From Antedon mediterranea (Eukaryota > Animalia > Echinodermata), in contig NC_092670.1 of the NCBI RefSeq assembly GCF_964355755.1, forward strand, positions 33,778,388 to 33,842,387: a stretch of DNA of 64,000 nt, read 5' to 3'. Positions within the stretch are counted from its first letter, which is position 1. Each line of letters opens with the position of its first letter. This document shows, piece after piece, positions 26,742-41,955 of the stretch. Made by a program: the position numbers and the translations under genes. A model generated the notes under the pieces. That model was not told the DNA's origin. It searched no databases and worked only from the letters and a program-made list of their open reading frames with translations.

Positions 26742-28775
26742 TGTGGAGTCCATCTACAGTGTGGATGGAACAATGTAAAATTAAAATTGTAATGATAATA
26801 GTATAATCATGCAAGTACGAAGAAATAAATACTGGCAAATAAATTTTAATTTAAAAATCATGATAATAAGTTTTTTTGTTTCGTTTTCTTTCTGTTTTTA
26901 TACTTGTACTATTATTGTTGCTCTTTTGGCGCATCAAAGAAACAAAAACATTGAGCATGGGAGGGGGGGGGGGAGGAACTCGAGGAGTTACAGGTAGAGA
27001 TATTATAGTTCACTATAATATCTCTATGAGTATACAAAGAAACATGTCTGTAAATTCATCAATTTAAAGGATTTATTTATTTGTTTTTATGTGTTTCTCC
27101 TTCTGAAAGTACTTATAAATCCTAATTTTAAAGTGTGGTATTCAGGATAAAGTTAGTCAACAAATTGGGAGTCAAAATACAGGAAAGGCAGGTGCGTAAG
27201 AAAAAAGTCCTCTGAACCAGCACAATGGAGTAAATATATACTAACAAACAACCCGTCAAGTTTGTTTGTTGTAAAGAAAAAAATATACATTTACTCAACG
27301 GGCGAAAATTATGTGAGTTTATCTATGTTTTGCGGTAGTATTTAATTATATTTATGGTAATAAATGACACCTACTGTGTTTAAAATTATGTATGGATAAA
27401 CAAGTATTGTTTTTAAGCTGTAGTATATCTTAGAATTTGTAAATTGTAGTCTTGGGTCTTAGCTTTCGTGATCTTAGGTCTTAGGGGGTCTTAGCTTTCG
27501 TGGTCTTAGGTTTCGTGACACCCGTTCATACCACCATCAAATCAAATCAAATCAAATCAGTGATTCACTTGCCAAATCAATAATGTATAGTCGTCAATGT
27601 GTGAAAGGACCATAACATGCCAGGTCTCCTGCAATGATTTTGATTTACAATGCATTTTAAAGATGTATAAATTGGATATGAATTTCAGTCTAAAAATAAA
27701 AGACAATCCAGTCTTCGGAATAAGTGAGTAATCTTTACTGACGTGTTCATGAATTGACGGAAGTGGTACCATATTTGTGTTTCAGATATGTAGATGACAC
27801 TGAAATTATATGCGGAACAACAAGAGATAAAAACAAAAACATATTGTAAACTAAATTTTTATTTTGATAAAGATAGATAAGTTATAAAGCTAATAAATCA
27901 CGCCATGAACATCGTGTGTTGCTTACTAAGTAGCCGCGAAACACACGTTATCAAACTATTACGCAGTGGCATACAAACTTACTTTGTATCAGTGTATATA
28001 GAGTGATTTCTTAAATATGTATTGTCCCTCACAAACATAAAAAAAGATTAATAAATCAGATTTTAAATAGGCCATTTTGCAGTTTTCATAAAGTTATTCC
28101 CTTCTGTAAAATAAAAACCTCTAAAAATGAATAATTATTTCAACTATAGGCCTAAAAATGTAAGTATTTTTGTATTTAAATTACATTTTTCATGTATATA
28201 ATTATTATTATTATTATCCAGTTTTTGGTCAAAGTGAATAACTATTATGTGACATTTAAATGGAATATTCAACAAAACATTTGAAAAAACAAATTTAGGG
28301 GGACAATATATCTTTAATGCATGCTGTTACAAGGGACAGGTTTAAGCTTAACTTTTGTATAGAAATAATCAAATTTTAAACTCGCCAGCCTAGAGAAAAT
28401 GATGACTTTAAGCATCCACAAGAAGATGACACGTGTTTTTTTTTTTTCAGATTTTCTTTCCCGTTATTAACTAGACAAAATGAACCGAACAAATCTACAA
28501 ACAATCCGAATGGCTCTAATGTAACAAGTATACCCTTTTAGATAATACACAACTGTATTTTTTTTCTGATTGACATAATTATTGATATAATATTTCCCTT
28601 TTATTGTAAAACATTTGAACTTATTTTATCACATCCTTTTTGTATTGTATAAAAATTATCTTATCGGGCCTCTAAATGTGATAACTTAAGTCCTTCCCCT
28701 TCGCCAACAATATAAATTCACCATTCGTTCAACTAAAATTCACTTCAATTCACCAGTTACTTATCGACACTAAAA

Positions 28776-31700
28776 ATGGCACACTCAGCCGTCTTATGCA
28801 TCTGTCTGTTGTTTGTTCTTCTTGCCTTTGGACATGGTGAGTTTTTTTTTAGCCTACGTTATATTTAGTTTTGAATATGGGCTGGCCTATTTTCAAATTA
28901 ATGTGCGGTTAATTAAACGATTTTTAGCGAAAATTGTTACTCCTTTTCATGTGAACCGTTACAATTTCACTAATCCACTAAAGCCTGATTACCCATTTTC
29001 ATGTAAAATCGTTACTTCTGGATAACTGAACGTTGAAAAAAAATGAATAATTGAATTGACTCAATGAACATCAATGTCTAGAGACGGATTTCCTATACTA
29101 CTCGGACCTGTCAATCTAAATTTGGACAGAATTTTCTTAGTGCAATGTTTCTTTTTCTTCATCGGATGATAATAATTTGCATTAAATTTAACTCTGTATA
29201 CTTTTATGTTATAATATTGTTTGTATTATTTTGAAATAATGTTTATCACTTTGTATTGCAGCAAAGACGTTTTCAAGAAGCCGAAGTTTATCATCACAAG
29301 AACATAACAGTAAGTCAGTCCAAATAAATCTGTCAATTAGTCTTACATTCATCTAAATGATGATGAAACTATCGCCCGTATTCTTAAACCGGACTTTAGT
29401 CGTAGTTCGAAGTTCGACTTGGAAAAGTCGTAGTTCGAGCTATTACTTCAAAATTCGATTCAAAAACGAAGTAGTCGAAGTTTGCAGTTCGACTTAATGA
29501 AGTCGAGCTTTTAGTCGAGTTGCACACGTCTGGGTAACAAAGGCTATACATTGGCCAATGACAAGAGAGTATTTGAAGAGCAGACGAAATGTTGCGCATT
29601 GATGTCACTTTTCATTTCTTACAACACTTTTTACGCATCAGGACTATATACATGAAAAATAATTTTAATCGTTAATTATTAGAAAAATATCAGTATTAAT
29701 TTAACAGTGAAGTATATTTGATTAACAACAAATAAAATCTTAAAAATATATTTAGGAACCATGGCGGTACGGTAACTTTTATATTTTCTAGACCCCCAAC
29801 AAAGTATGATCGCCACGAACCACGCACTTCATAGCGTGACAAGAAAGCGCTAGGCCCCCTAAACATTCCATCGCGTGGTGAATTGCCGCATCTCCCATTG
29901 TCGCTATGGCGTGACGTAGCTCAAGTCGGACTTGCGCGAAGAAAATAATGTAATTTGTATACAGTTGTAAATAAAGATGATTTTCATTATTATAATTTAT
30001 ACCATGTATATTTAATTAAGCTAATATAAAAATAGATATTTCATTCTTCAATATCTGGCCAATATAACAACTCAATGACTGTTACGTTTTTTATAAACAT
30101 GGTTTAAAAACCATTTAGTCGACCATTTAGTCTGCCCCCTCCAGGACTAAAAAAATTGATCAAAATCCGTCTCGATTTAGTCGAGGTTGGCCTGATTTAG
30201 TCGGTGATTTAGTTGAAGTTCGGTTTATGAATTAAAATGACGTCATTTTTTTAGTTTTAGCTCGAACTACGACTAAAGTCCGGTTTAAGAATACGGGCGT
30301 AAGCATATTGATTGGTCCTATAATTGACCAAGGGCTTCTCTCGTCCAGTCTCCACCTTACCAGAGAGGCATACACCAATATGTCTGAGGCAGATACTAGA
30401 TGCAGTGGCAACCGTAAGAGTCAGCAATGCTGATTTCAAATGCCTAGTTGAACCCCATCTCCATGTATACGACACCAGATATTCCCAGAAGGTCTCCAAT
30501 TTCATTCGGGCCCAACGTTGACGTTAACTTCGCTTTGTAGAAGATTTATATTCTTATAATATAAATATCACAAAGAGACCTGATGCTTTTCACTGATTTC
30601 GCAAAAGCATTTAACCAAGTGGAAAGAAATGTAACGTTAGAAGCTGTAAAGAAATTAGGATTTGGTCTTATTTTTAAAATTAAGGATAAAAGAAAGATAG
30701 TATGACATTACTCCTGAAAATGTAGTATGGATTCTTATAGCACAAGCAACGTGGGAGATAAAATTCCAACATAATGATATTTAATGGAATGGTATATAAT
30801 AAGATTAAAAATTAAAGATGTATTGTCCCCCTGAAAAAAAATTGTTATTTTTTTTTAATATCCTATTTTAATATCACATAATATTTATTCACTTTAACCA
30901 AAAATTGGATTGAAAAGTTATTTAAATTATTTACTTGAACACATAGAAAACTGTAATTTAGGCTAAAGCAAAACATATCCAAATTGGCTGTCGACCAGAC
31001 AATAGATTTATGGTTGAATTTCACAATTTATTTTGTCATTTTATAAGTGAAAACATTTGTTTTCTTACGGAAGTGATTAATTTGATTAAAACTACAAAAT
31101 AACCTATTCAAAGTCGGATTTAATTTATCTTAATTTTTTAATTCTTTGGGGAAAATATATTTATAATTAAACAAGGCCATATAGATGGCTGCAGTCGCAT
31201 GCCGAAGTTAGTTTTTACCGACCGACTGACCGACCAACCGACAGACCGACATAGTGAGCTGTGGAGTCACGTTGCACGCGAATAAAAACGTTATGGTTCA
31301 AAATTGTTGTTTTTCTTATTTAAAAATCATGTTTAGATATTATAAAAGACAGTTCACTGAAAGATGCAGTAGACCATCTAGCTGAAGGCATAGAAGATGT
31401 ACTCCAAACCATGCTTGACATGATGGGGCAACAGCTTCAAGGCCATGAAGACAAAATCCTTGGCAGATTAGATGAAATCGACGAGAAGATTAACGACATC
31501 CAGCAATGCTCTTGCTCGAGTAAGTATTTCACAAATGAACCGTCTATGAATACAGTTTACATCTTAGTATCAAAAGATAAAGATTTTTCGATATGTTCGG
31601 GTGAGAGCATACCGAGTGGCAATAGGCCGGATAGCAAAATGTGAGGCGATAGTATAAATCCTATGTGCTCCCAAGATCGTTTTTGTCAGTAGAAACAGAA

Positions 31701-32092
31701 AGCAATTACCTATCAATTATAAACTGTATAATTATTACTATTCATTGGATAACGACATGTTCCTCAATTCATAATGATGGTTTTTTTTTTCTTTTTTCAT
31801 TCATTTAGAGCGCTTTAGGGTGTTCTACGCGGCAGATGGACGGTATACGCTGAATTTTGAACAAGCGAAACAAAAATGTGTTGAGAACGGTGCAGTAATT
31901 GCCACTCCCAATCAGTTACAAGCAGCATATTCTTTTGGATTTGACCATTGCAACTTTGGGTGGTTGTCAGATGGCACCGTTCGATACCCAATCACAATGC
32001 CACGAGTAGGATGTGGAGAGGGACCTCCTGGCGTTCGAAGCTTGGGAACACAGGATAAGAGTAAAACTTACGATGTTTATTGTTTTAAGTAA
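28776..32092 (+). CDS. Secreted coiled-coil + Link-module protein, copy C (191 aa)
   Basis: Exons 28776-28836, 29262-29309, 31337-31519, 31809-32092; intact splice sites and frame. Confidence 0.88.
29373..30299. mobile_element. PIF/Harbinger-like MITE in intron 2 of copy C only
   Basis: 38-bp TIR CGCCCGTATTCTTAAACCGGACTTTAGTCGTAGTTCGA; flanks TAT/TAA; empty site gaaacTAAgc in copies B and D. Confidence 0.8.
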
Positions 32093-35000
32093 CCAAACTA
32101 ATAGGAACAATAAACATAAACATATTATTGATAATTATTATCTTATGTTGTATTAGCATTTAGGCGTATAATCATCATTACAAAAACGTTCTGATAAGAT
32201 AAGAGTAAAACTTACTTTGTTTATTGTTTTAAGAATCCATCAAAACTTATCTAGTAATACAATATTATCAATGATATTTTGATTAATATATACGTTCTTT
32301 AATAAACATTTATGAAAGATTTACAAGATGTATGTTTACTTTTTGACATATGTACTGGTTATAAAATTATTTTACTTAGTTATTAGCCTTAGCGTAGTAG
32401 TCTGTTGACAGCGCGAGGTGAAAAAGATGAGACGCTCACGCTATCAAAAGATGATTGCAAGGGTACCCTGCACGACATTTCGGTTGTTAATAGGGGGTTT
32501 TCGCATGAACGTAAACGTTAACTGTAACACTATCTCCGCTCATTTTGTAAACAGATCGATCTGCGCGTGCGCAAGCAATACGAAAAACTTTACGTACGTC
32601 GAGAACCTTATTTCTGAAAATAGCGTCAATGAAAAATAACCAAAGGGTATCGAAACATGGAAGAATCATTACATTTCTGCAAAATGTTTAAGAAAACACA
32701 TGATAAATTTAAATAATAATTTATGTTTTTACTTAAGCTAAACAATAACAATTGTTCAACGAAATTTTTCAGCCAATATGCATGGTAAAACAAGCCAAGG
32801 TATTCCATGAGTTGTTCTAAAAAACTGTAATTAAAGCAAAACATAGTTAAATTGACTGGAATTCAATGGGGTTTTAGTTGAATTTAATCATTTATTTTGT
32901 CTTTTTATAAGTGAAAACTTTTTTTTCCCTTAACTTTATTAAAACTGCGACATAACAATTTATTAGTCTTTTTATTGATTTTTTTTTAGAGGACAATGCA
33001 TTTTTAATATAAAAAGAAAACAAGGTCATGTACATGGTTGCAGTTGCGTGCCCAAACTTTAGTTAGTGTTTCCCGACCAACCGACCGACATAGTGAGCTG
33101 TAGAGTCGCGTTTGCACAGGACTAAAAAGCGGGCATGCGCATCCTACGACAGCGTGTGTAATACCCTTAGTTTAGTCTTAATTTAAAAGCTAGAAGAGCT
33201 TCACTCGCGATCAAATTTGGTGAAATCTTGACATCTGAAGGACATCAACACTTCCTACCAGAATTCAACAACATGGACAACGGTAACGCGGACACATTAA
33301 ATATCTCGAAATGCAGAACATCGCTAGGATTGTTGTGACATCTTGTTATTACCGATCGTATAAGGTTATATGTATAAATATCAATCAATAATCTTTTATT
33401 TCAGCATAACACTATAGAAAATACAAACAATACAAACGAAAACAAAAGCATCAGCACAATTCAAAAACTTAAAACACAATGCTCTCAGTATCATCATCTG
33501 TGTAGAATAAAATTAAAACATCTTAGATTAAAGATACAGACAATATGACCTAATAATACAAAAGCATCAGTAAAATTCGAAAAATGTAAACACAATGCTC
33601 TCAGTATCATCATCTATGTAGAATAAAATACAAAAATCTTTTATAACATAAAAAAAACATATAAAGATACAAACAATTCGACAAAATAATACAAAAGCAT
33701 CAGACAAATTCCAAGTATTAAAAACATTTTTTTATATTATACAAACATAAAGACAATCATTCGTTGTTCTTTCTATCATGACATTATTCCACACGTGATC
33801 GATTATTATTGATACTGGATTTCGTTTTACATCATGCGATAATCGAAAAACGAAAACAAAAACAAATAAAAAATTCAATAAATAAAAATTAAATGAATTA
33901 TTTTAAATTAAATCTCACGGACATCTGTACTTATATTGCTAATTTAAAACAAATATATTAATTGGTTTTCTATAAGGTACTTTTTTATTTGTCCAAGTGT
34001 GCTACGAATAATTACTTATTTTATATATAAAACATGAATAGTATTCACGAAAATAAATTGATAATTACCACATAAGGTATTAATCTGCTGGAACCAAAAA
34101 TATAAGCCCTGCCCGGGAAAAAAAGAAAAAAAAACTTTGAAAGTGCAATTTTATGGAGAATAACATACCGTATCCAAAATCTACCAAATCCAGTTTAGGG
34201 AAAAATTTTAGACGTATTTTTGATTCTCCAGAAATTGTCTAAAATGGCATGAAAGTTCATTTGTTAGAAATAAAGATTAAATTGATTATTCAAATTAAAT
34301 TATCTTCACACGCACATCTGTAATTTATATTGTTAATTTAAAACGAATATATTAGTTGGTTTTCTATGAGGTACTTTTTATTTGTCCTCGTGTGTTACTA
34401 ATAATTACTTATTTTAAATATTAAAATGAATATTTTTTTAACAGTATACAATGCGTTATGCTGTATTCACGAAAATAAATTTATAATTAGCATAGAGGAC
34501 ATAAGGTATTCGGGTAGTTGAACCAAGAACATGGGATCTACTTTACAAAACAATGAAAGCGCAAATTTTATGGAGAATAACATATCCAAAATCGATCAAA
34601 ATCCAGTTTGGGGAAACTTTTTAAACGTATTTTTAATTCTCCAAAAAATGTCGAAAAATGGAAACTAACTAATTAAAAAAAAAAAACTAATTTGTAAAAA
34701 AAAAATGTTTCTCATGTGCCTTTATCTACTTTTAAGTTGAATACAGATTTGGAAAAATGGCCGAAAATTAAATTAAAAAGTAACTTTATCTTTTAAAAAA
34801 TCGATATAGGTCTATAGCATGGTTGTATATGAAGTAGACGGCAATTGAATAGGCCTACAATTGATTTTCTACATACTAACAGGAGTTTTCTGAACGAACT
34901 ATTGCTGTTGTGTAACTTTTTAAATATTGTCAATTGTATTCCACAGTATTAGTCAAGGAGAAAAATCTGAAAAGATGCTTAGAAATCAAATTAGGGTGAG

Positions 35001-35105
35001 TGAAATTTTAGAGGCAGTCAACATAGCCAGAATATCCTAATTAATCAGTTCTGATCACTCTAAGCCCAATTGATACTTGATTTTTTCCCTTTTTGTCTGA
35101 AATAG

Positions 35106-35624
35106 AAGAAGTCAAAGAGAATGTGAACGACATTAAAAAATGCACATGCTCAAGTAAGTAAATTCTTCTCAAATTAAGTATCTGTATAAAGCGGGAAAGG
35201 TCTAAGTTACAGATAGAATGGTGATTTTGTCATGGTTGTTCGGGAGCCCAATTTGTTTATATTTCATCTGTTAAGCACCAAAAATACAATTTATAAAACA
35301 AATAAATGGTATCTCATGAAACCATGGAATCAGACCTTTATATTATATTGTATTAATTGTTAGAGCGCTTTTGGGTGTTCCGCGTTGCAGTTGGACGTTA
35401 TACGCTGAATTTTGAACAAACGAAACAAAAATGCATTGACAACGGTGCAAAAACCGCCACTCCCAATCAGTTAAAAGCAGCACAAGCCCATGTAATGGTT
35501 ATGACCGATGCCAAGCTGGTTAGTTGTCAGACGGCAGTTTTTGATCTGACCTGATCACAATGCCATGATGGGGATGTTGAGACGGACTTCCTGGCATCAC
35601 ACTTACGATGTTTATTGTTTTAAG
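35106..35624 (+). pseudogene. Link pseudogene psi1, spacer 3
   Basis: Near-identical to 3501-4020 with the same lesions. Confidence 0.85.
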
Positions 35625-36463
35625 AAACTAAACTAATAGGAACAAAAACCTTAAAATATATTATTGATAATTATTCGAAATTACATAACTTTACCGATTA
35701 AATAATGTGATTACTTGTAAAACCATCGATCATAGTTTGAACAAATTTGCATTTACAGTATTTGGTAACTAATACGCATATTAAAATGTTGATGACCTTA
35801 TGTCAACTGATGAAATTGACCTTATGTCAACTGATGAATTGATATTTTATTCGATCTTTTACATTGATATGATTGATTAACAGGATGAGAAAACATTCAA
35901 TTTTTATTAAATATTAGTTTTTATTTGGTTTTATAGGTACATTCTATGATTGATCAATATTGACATTTGACCATTAATCACAAGGGAATTTTTTTCATAA
36001 GGTGATTGAATAGACACCTATAATCATAAAATGTAATAAAAGACCAAATTGTGCTTAAATAAATTATATACATATACATAATACATTGTTGTAATTGGTC
36101 AATTTTGAACTTCGACCCCTTATAACTCGAAAATGCTTCCTTCCATATTCGTAATCTACGGAAAATTCGGGTCTAGAAAAGTTGGATGAAAATTTGTCCC
36201 CTTTCGGGTGGTGATTCCAACCCCCCCCCCCCCCTCCCCCACCCCCTCCTGCCACCGCACTACTATAAATTATAAGCTGTATAGAGTATCACGGTTTGAC
36301 GTCACAACGATAAAGGGCGCTTCATGGTTGCTAGCCAACCAAAAAATGGGTTTAACGCTACTATGTTGATAAACTGTATAGATCTGTATTTCTATCAAAT
36401 TATGTATCTTTAGCTTGATTTTTTTTTACTTAAAATATAGTTATAGAAAAAATAGATTGTTAA

Positions 36464-38924
36464 AGATGTATTGTCCCCCAAAAAATGAAAAATAAAGATG
36501 AAAAAGATCAAATTTTGAATAGACCGTTTTGTAGTTAACATAAAGTTATTCACTTCCACCGAAAAAAAATCCGAAAAAAATATTGATTTCGCTTATAAAA
36601 AAATCAAAATAAGTTTACCATTTTTTCGAACTCGTCGGCTCAGAAATTAGGCCGGTAGAGCTAACTCATACATATGCATGATATGTTAATGAGCATCCAC
36701 ACAGCAGAGATCTGATCTAACAATGGACGATGCACGTTGTATGTACAACAACACCACCAGAGATTGACGCGACTCGACTGTGTGTGGGTTTCCCTGGCCT
36801 GATCGTATAATATGTAAAGCTGAGCTGTTAATTTGTCGGTAAGTAGGCCTAGGCCTAGACGGTTATTTTAAATATAATAATATATATAACGCAATAATAA
36901 CAGGAAGGTAAATTAATTAACTTAGCCTGGGATTTTTTCAGTTCAGGGCTAGAATAATTAATACATGCTGCTGCATATTATTACTAGGCTAGTGGCAAGC
37001 AGACTGTGACAATCGGGTCCCTGCAGAAGATGCCCAGCTAGGCCCTATACATTGTACTCTTCATAGACTGGCCTAGGCTATATGCCATCAATCTTAGCTA
37101 CATTCCTAAAATACAGCCAGCTTGCTGTACCATATATATTTACAGTTGAAGCTTGTTTAACTAATTTTTATGATAAAAATAAAACAAACATTTTTCAGGG
37201 AAAATGGTTGCAATACAAGCCTGAAATTGAGAACCTTCCAGCAGCACTGTACAAGTAGACAGAGGGGAAAAGCCAGCTTAGCCATTTTACAACACAAACA
37301 AATGTTCTCTGTACTGTAGTAAGTCAAATATTTATTTTCTCTTTTTATAAGTTATAACATTATAAGTAATGTGTTTTAATTACCATAGAAAGGTAGTATA
37401 CTTATTTGACTATAATATGTCAAAGTAAGCAATTTCACTAGCCCAATTTTGCACTAAATATGCATGATCTATTTTTTCCAGATTTTCATACTTTGCTTTT
37501 ACTTTTTTTAAAGACGTTGATGAAGACTGGAACAGAGGTCACCCAAAGACAACAATGATAGACTCGGTATTGGAATATGATTGGATATTGCAGGAAAAAT
37601 ATTTCTGACTCTCCTGCTGCATTCGGCCAATATGTTCTTGTCCAACTTGTAAAATATTGTATAATTTTTTTTGTTTTATATGTAGAGTATATTATTTTGT
37701 AAACATAACATTCAATAAATAAAAAAAACTACTACAACAGTACACAGGATAAATTCTTTAAATTTACTTACACTTCATAATTTTACTGTAAATATTACAG
37801 TGCAAAAGGATTTAATTAATAAAATATATATATACAGTATATCTTATTGAATTCCTGTATTGTTTTTTGTGTCAATTTGTCTACTAATTATCAATGTGTT
37901 GATTGTGGCAGTAATTACGACAGCTATAGTCTTCTAAGATCGCTCACATCCATTACAAAGTGTCATTTTAATAGTAAGAAACGTTTCAATAAATTGTGAA
38001 TGTTGCCACTGTACGATACATTTTATGTTTCTCACTACTTGCTCTTATTGTTCAATCAATCAACCTAAAAAAAAAGAAATTTGTGTCAAAATATCTGCAT
38101 AAAATGTTTATTTGCGGAATGTTAATTTGAACCAATTGCATTTGTTTTGATAAAGAAAATATTTTTAAAATATTGCATCAGTAAAACATTCAAAACAATA
38201 TTTAGATTTTCTTTTTTTTTATTTTCACTGCCGAATAGATAGTTGAAATCTTTAAAAATTAAACCAATTCATCATGATAGAAACAAAAATACATCCCTTC
38301 TGGTGGTGGTCTACTGTAGCCCTAGCTAGCAGTGTACTGCCTAGGCCTACTACACTCTACTTCTAGAGACAGAAGTAGGCAGCAGTTAGGCTACTCGAGA
38401 CTGTCAGTAGTGCTAGTAGTACTGTAGTAGTAGACTAGTAGTACAGTAGCAGCAAATTCGGGCCTAGCTAGGTCTCTCCTGTTAGCGAAACAAAAACTCA
38501 CCTAAATGAATAAGATTCAACATCAAAGTTACCAACTGTAATTCTAACTTAGCATTCTGCTAGCTATAGTCTTCGTGTTTTCTTCTTCAAGATTCGTCTC
38601 GCATCACTACTCGACTCTCTCGCACGCATGCATTGCTATCGTTGTTGGCTGTTGATTTGGAAAGCATCATCATCCACATGATGTATCCATACAATATGAA
38701 TATTTATGAGCTAACTCAGGTCAAGGGTTAAATTAAACCAGAACACATTTGTCTTCCAGACAAATATCTTCCGGTTGGTTAATTTTTGCATTAAATTGCG
38801 ATTTTCCCGTGTAACAAATTATTTTTTTCAATCCAAATTGAGGTCAAAGTGAATAACTTTTATGTGCAATTAAAATGGCCTATTCAACAAAAATATTGTT
38901 TTTTTTCAGGGGGACAATACATCT
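36464..38924. mobile_element. Non-autonomous Kolobok-like DNA transposon (2461 bp), only in spacer 3
   Basis: TIR AGATGTATTGTCCCCC, TTAA duplicated at 36460-36463 and 38925-38928, single TTAA at the empty site 4863-4866; AG..CT ends fit Kolobok rather than piggyBac; no long ORF. Confidence 0.85.
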
Positions 38925-39195
38925 TTAAAAACAAATAATTAGTGATGTTTTGAAATTTTAATTTGTTTTTATTAAAAATTATTAAGTTTTAAAATGACTA
39001 CTTCAATAAGCCTATTCCAAACCATTCGTGACTCAGGCAGGTTGAACCAAGGTTGAACGTATTTTTTGGTTGGCTAGCAACCACGCAGCACCACCTACCG
39101 TCGTGACGTCAACACCGTGATACTCTATAATTATTAATAGTCATTGGAAAAGAACAAGTTCTTCATATTGATTGACATTTTTTTCATTCTTTTAG

Positions 39196-39568
<373 letters not shown>

Positions 39569-39899
39569 TGACACATGTACTGGTTATTAGTTATACAATT
39601 ATTTTACTAAGCCAAAAACTGGCGTACTGATCTGTTGACAGCGCGGGGTGCAAACGTTTTAAAAGACGTCAACCTATATCACCAAAAAAGTGAAAACAAA
39701 TGGAAATTAAACTATAAATTCCAGTACATTAGCAACATAAATCTAGTATGTAAAAGTGTAGTTACGTGTCATATGGCTATCAACGTTTTGTGCCATAAAC
39801 AAATTTGCAAAAGATGTCGCCATTTTTGTGCCCATTGCTGAGCCATGAATTTGGAGGTAATAAATAAAAATTGTTGTTGGTTAAAAGCTAATATATGTA

Positions 39900-40973
39900 T
39901 GTGGGGATTAATCTAATCATGTGATAATTAAATACTGCCCCCTATAATTGTAACAGTCTTTTTCAAATGATTTGCTTTCTTTTGTATTCATGAACCGGTC
40001 AAGGAAGCAGATAGTTTTGTCTCTTACTTAATTAAAGATCTGATTAAAAGGTAATTACTCTACTTTTTACATATATTACTTTGTTATACATTTATAAGAT
40101 TCTGTTATGTTTAAGAAACATTAATGTTGTATTTTAAGATGATTGCATTCATAGGCCTAGACATTTGTTTTGGGTTAACCTTGACTCATGGAATGTGCAG
40201 TTAGGAAGCCTATTGAATAGTATTGTGTTACAATCTTTGAACTAGGATTTTATGCCATATAATGTTATAATATATACTTTTGTGATAAACCTTCTTTGTA
40301 TTAACAAAATATGTTTAGATAGATTTAGTAATGTTTAGTTTATAGAAGATAGTTTCTAGTTAACAGTTTGTATAAAATAGTTCATCCTACAGTTCACACT
40401 TGATTAATTTGTACACACGAGGCTACCATGCTCGTGATAGATCGTCATGTAGTGCGCCCTCTATTTATCATACAAAATGGCTGCGCCCATGGATTTGTTA
40501 TTGTTTATATATTTTACACAAACCTAAGATTATAACTCCTTGATTCAATGAATAGACTAAGTTTAGTATTCAAATAGTGTGAGTAAATTCCAACATGCAT
40601 TTATTCTAGTAATATAATAGTAATATTCAGGCACTTATGATGCAATTGTGTAGGTAATTAATTAGGTATTTGTATACTCTAACAAAGTATACAGAGGCTG
40701 TTTAGGTAGACGTGCCGTTTGACGTAATAGTCGCAGTCCTCAGAGAGAATCCTTTTTATTAGAGTCGCCTGTTAAGTGAGGTCGTTACTAAGAATTGGCT
40801 TGTATTTTAGAATATTATTTACTTTTGTTTCTCATTGTATTTATTTTGTGGTTTTCAGGACCATACTGATCTCTATTATGCTAAAACAAATTAAAACCAA
40901 ATACACCACCGGACCGTGGTAAAAGTGAGAAAAGGCGTGTTTTTCCTTTTGTGTTGTCGTCCACATCCTTACA
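39900..40973 (+). repeat. 5' LTR (1074 bp)
   Basis: Direct repeat of 45936-47032. Confidence 0.95.
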
Positions 40974-40976
40974 ATT

Positions 40977-40994
40977 TGGTGTCAGAAGTGGGAT
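40977..40994 (+). other. Primer binding site, tRNA-Leu
   Basis: TGGTGTCAGAAGTGGGAT is complementary to the 3' end of animal tRNA-Leu (..ATCCCACTTCTGACACCA); 3 nt after the LTR. Confidence 0.85.
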
Positions 40995-41031
40995 CGTGGA
41001 TCGTATTTGGCTTTAACATTAGAGATCAGTG

Positions 41032-41955
41032 ATGGCAAGCAAGGCATCGTTGCGAGATGTGCAGAGGACGGTTGATGAGCTAAGAGCCGAACTAGAAGCA
41101 ACTAGGCGTGCTGCCCATGGGAATGGAAACACAGTATATGTTCTCCCAGAGAAGAAGATGAGACACTTTGTGGGAGCCGAAGGGGAATGTGTAGAGTCCT
41201 TTGTTGAAGACATCAAGGCAGCTATAAAAGTCAGAAAACTGCGAGGACAGAATGCAGCTGATTTTGTTGTTTCTCACCTAGAAGGCGCCGCACGAAGAGA
41301 AATTAGGCATCGTCCACGGGTAGCAGATGACTCGGAGCTAATACTTAGGACCTTACAAGATACCTTTGGCGAGCGGATGTCACTAAATACCATTATGAGG
41401 CAGATATATAATGCCATTCAGAAGAGAGGACAATCCATTTCGGATTATGCATTCGTTTTGCTAGGATTTTCAGAGAAGTTGGGTAGAATTCCAAATGCTC
41501 CAGATCCTGAACGAACAATTCGAGACCAGTTTTGTGAGGGTTTAGCCGATAGCGTGTTACGAAGAGAGCTGAAAAAGATGTTAAAGGACGATCCAGGTGT
41601 TACTTTCTTTAGGTTAAGGGATTGGGCGATGGATATGGAGGAGGAAGATGGCCTTCATCGAAAACCTGTAAAAGCTTATTCTTACGTCACCGAAGCAGAT
41701 GATCAGATTTTGAAAACATTAGAAAATCTCTCGCTGGCAGTAAAGATGCAAACGGAGATTACAGAAGACATTCGTAATAAACAGGAAGAATTCACTAACC
41801 GGCTAGAAAAGTTAGAGAACCAATCCAAAGAAAGAACACAGAGAAAATCTACAAGGCGAGACAAATCCACTGTTCAGTGTCACCGATGTAAACAGATGGG
41901 ACATTATGCTAGCGAATGCCCTAGTCCATGTGTAGTATCGAGTTCGGAAAACTAA
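41032..41955 (+). CDS. gag: Gag with CCHC zinc knuckle
   Basis: ATG at 41032; retrotransposon capsid-like region; CHRCKQMGHYASEC. Confidence 0.92.
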   Translation: MASKASLRDVQRTVDELRAELEATRRAAHGNGNTVYVLPEKKMRHFVGAEGECVESFVEDIKAAIKVRKLRGQNAADFVVSHLEGAARREIRHRPRVADDSELILRTLQDTFGERMSLNTIMRQIYNAIQKRGQSISDYAFVLLGFSEKLGRIPNAPDPERTIRDQFCEGLADSVLRRELKKMLKDDPGVTFFRLRDWAMDMEEEDGLHRKPVKAYSYVTEADDQILKTLENLSLAVKMQTEITEDIRNKQEEFTNRLEKLENQSKERTQRKSTRRDKSTVQCHRCKQMGHYASECPSPCVVSSSEN

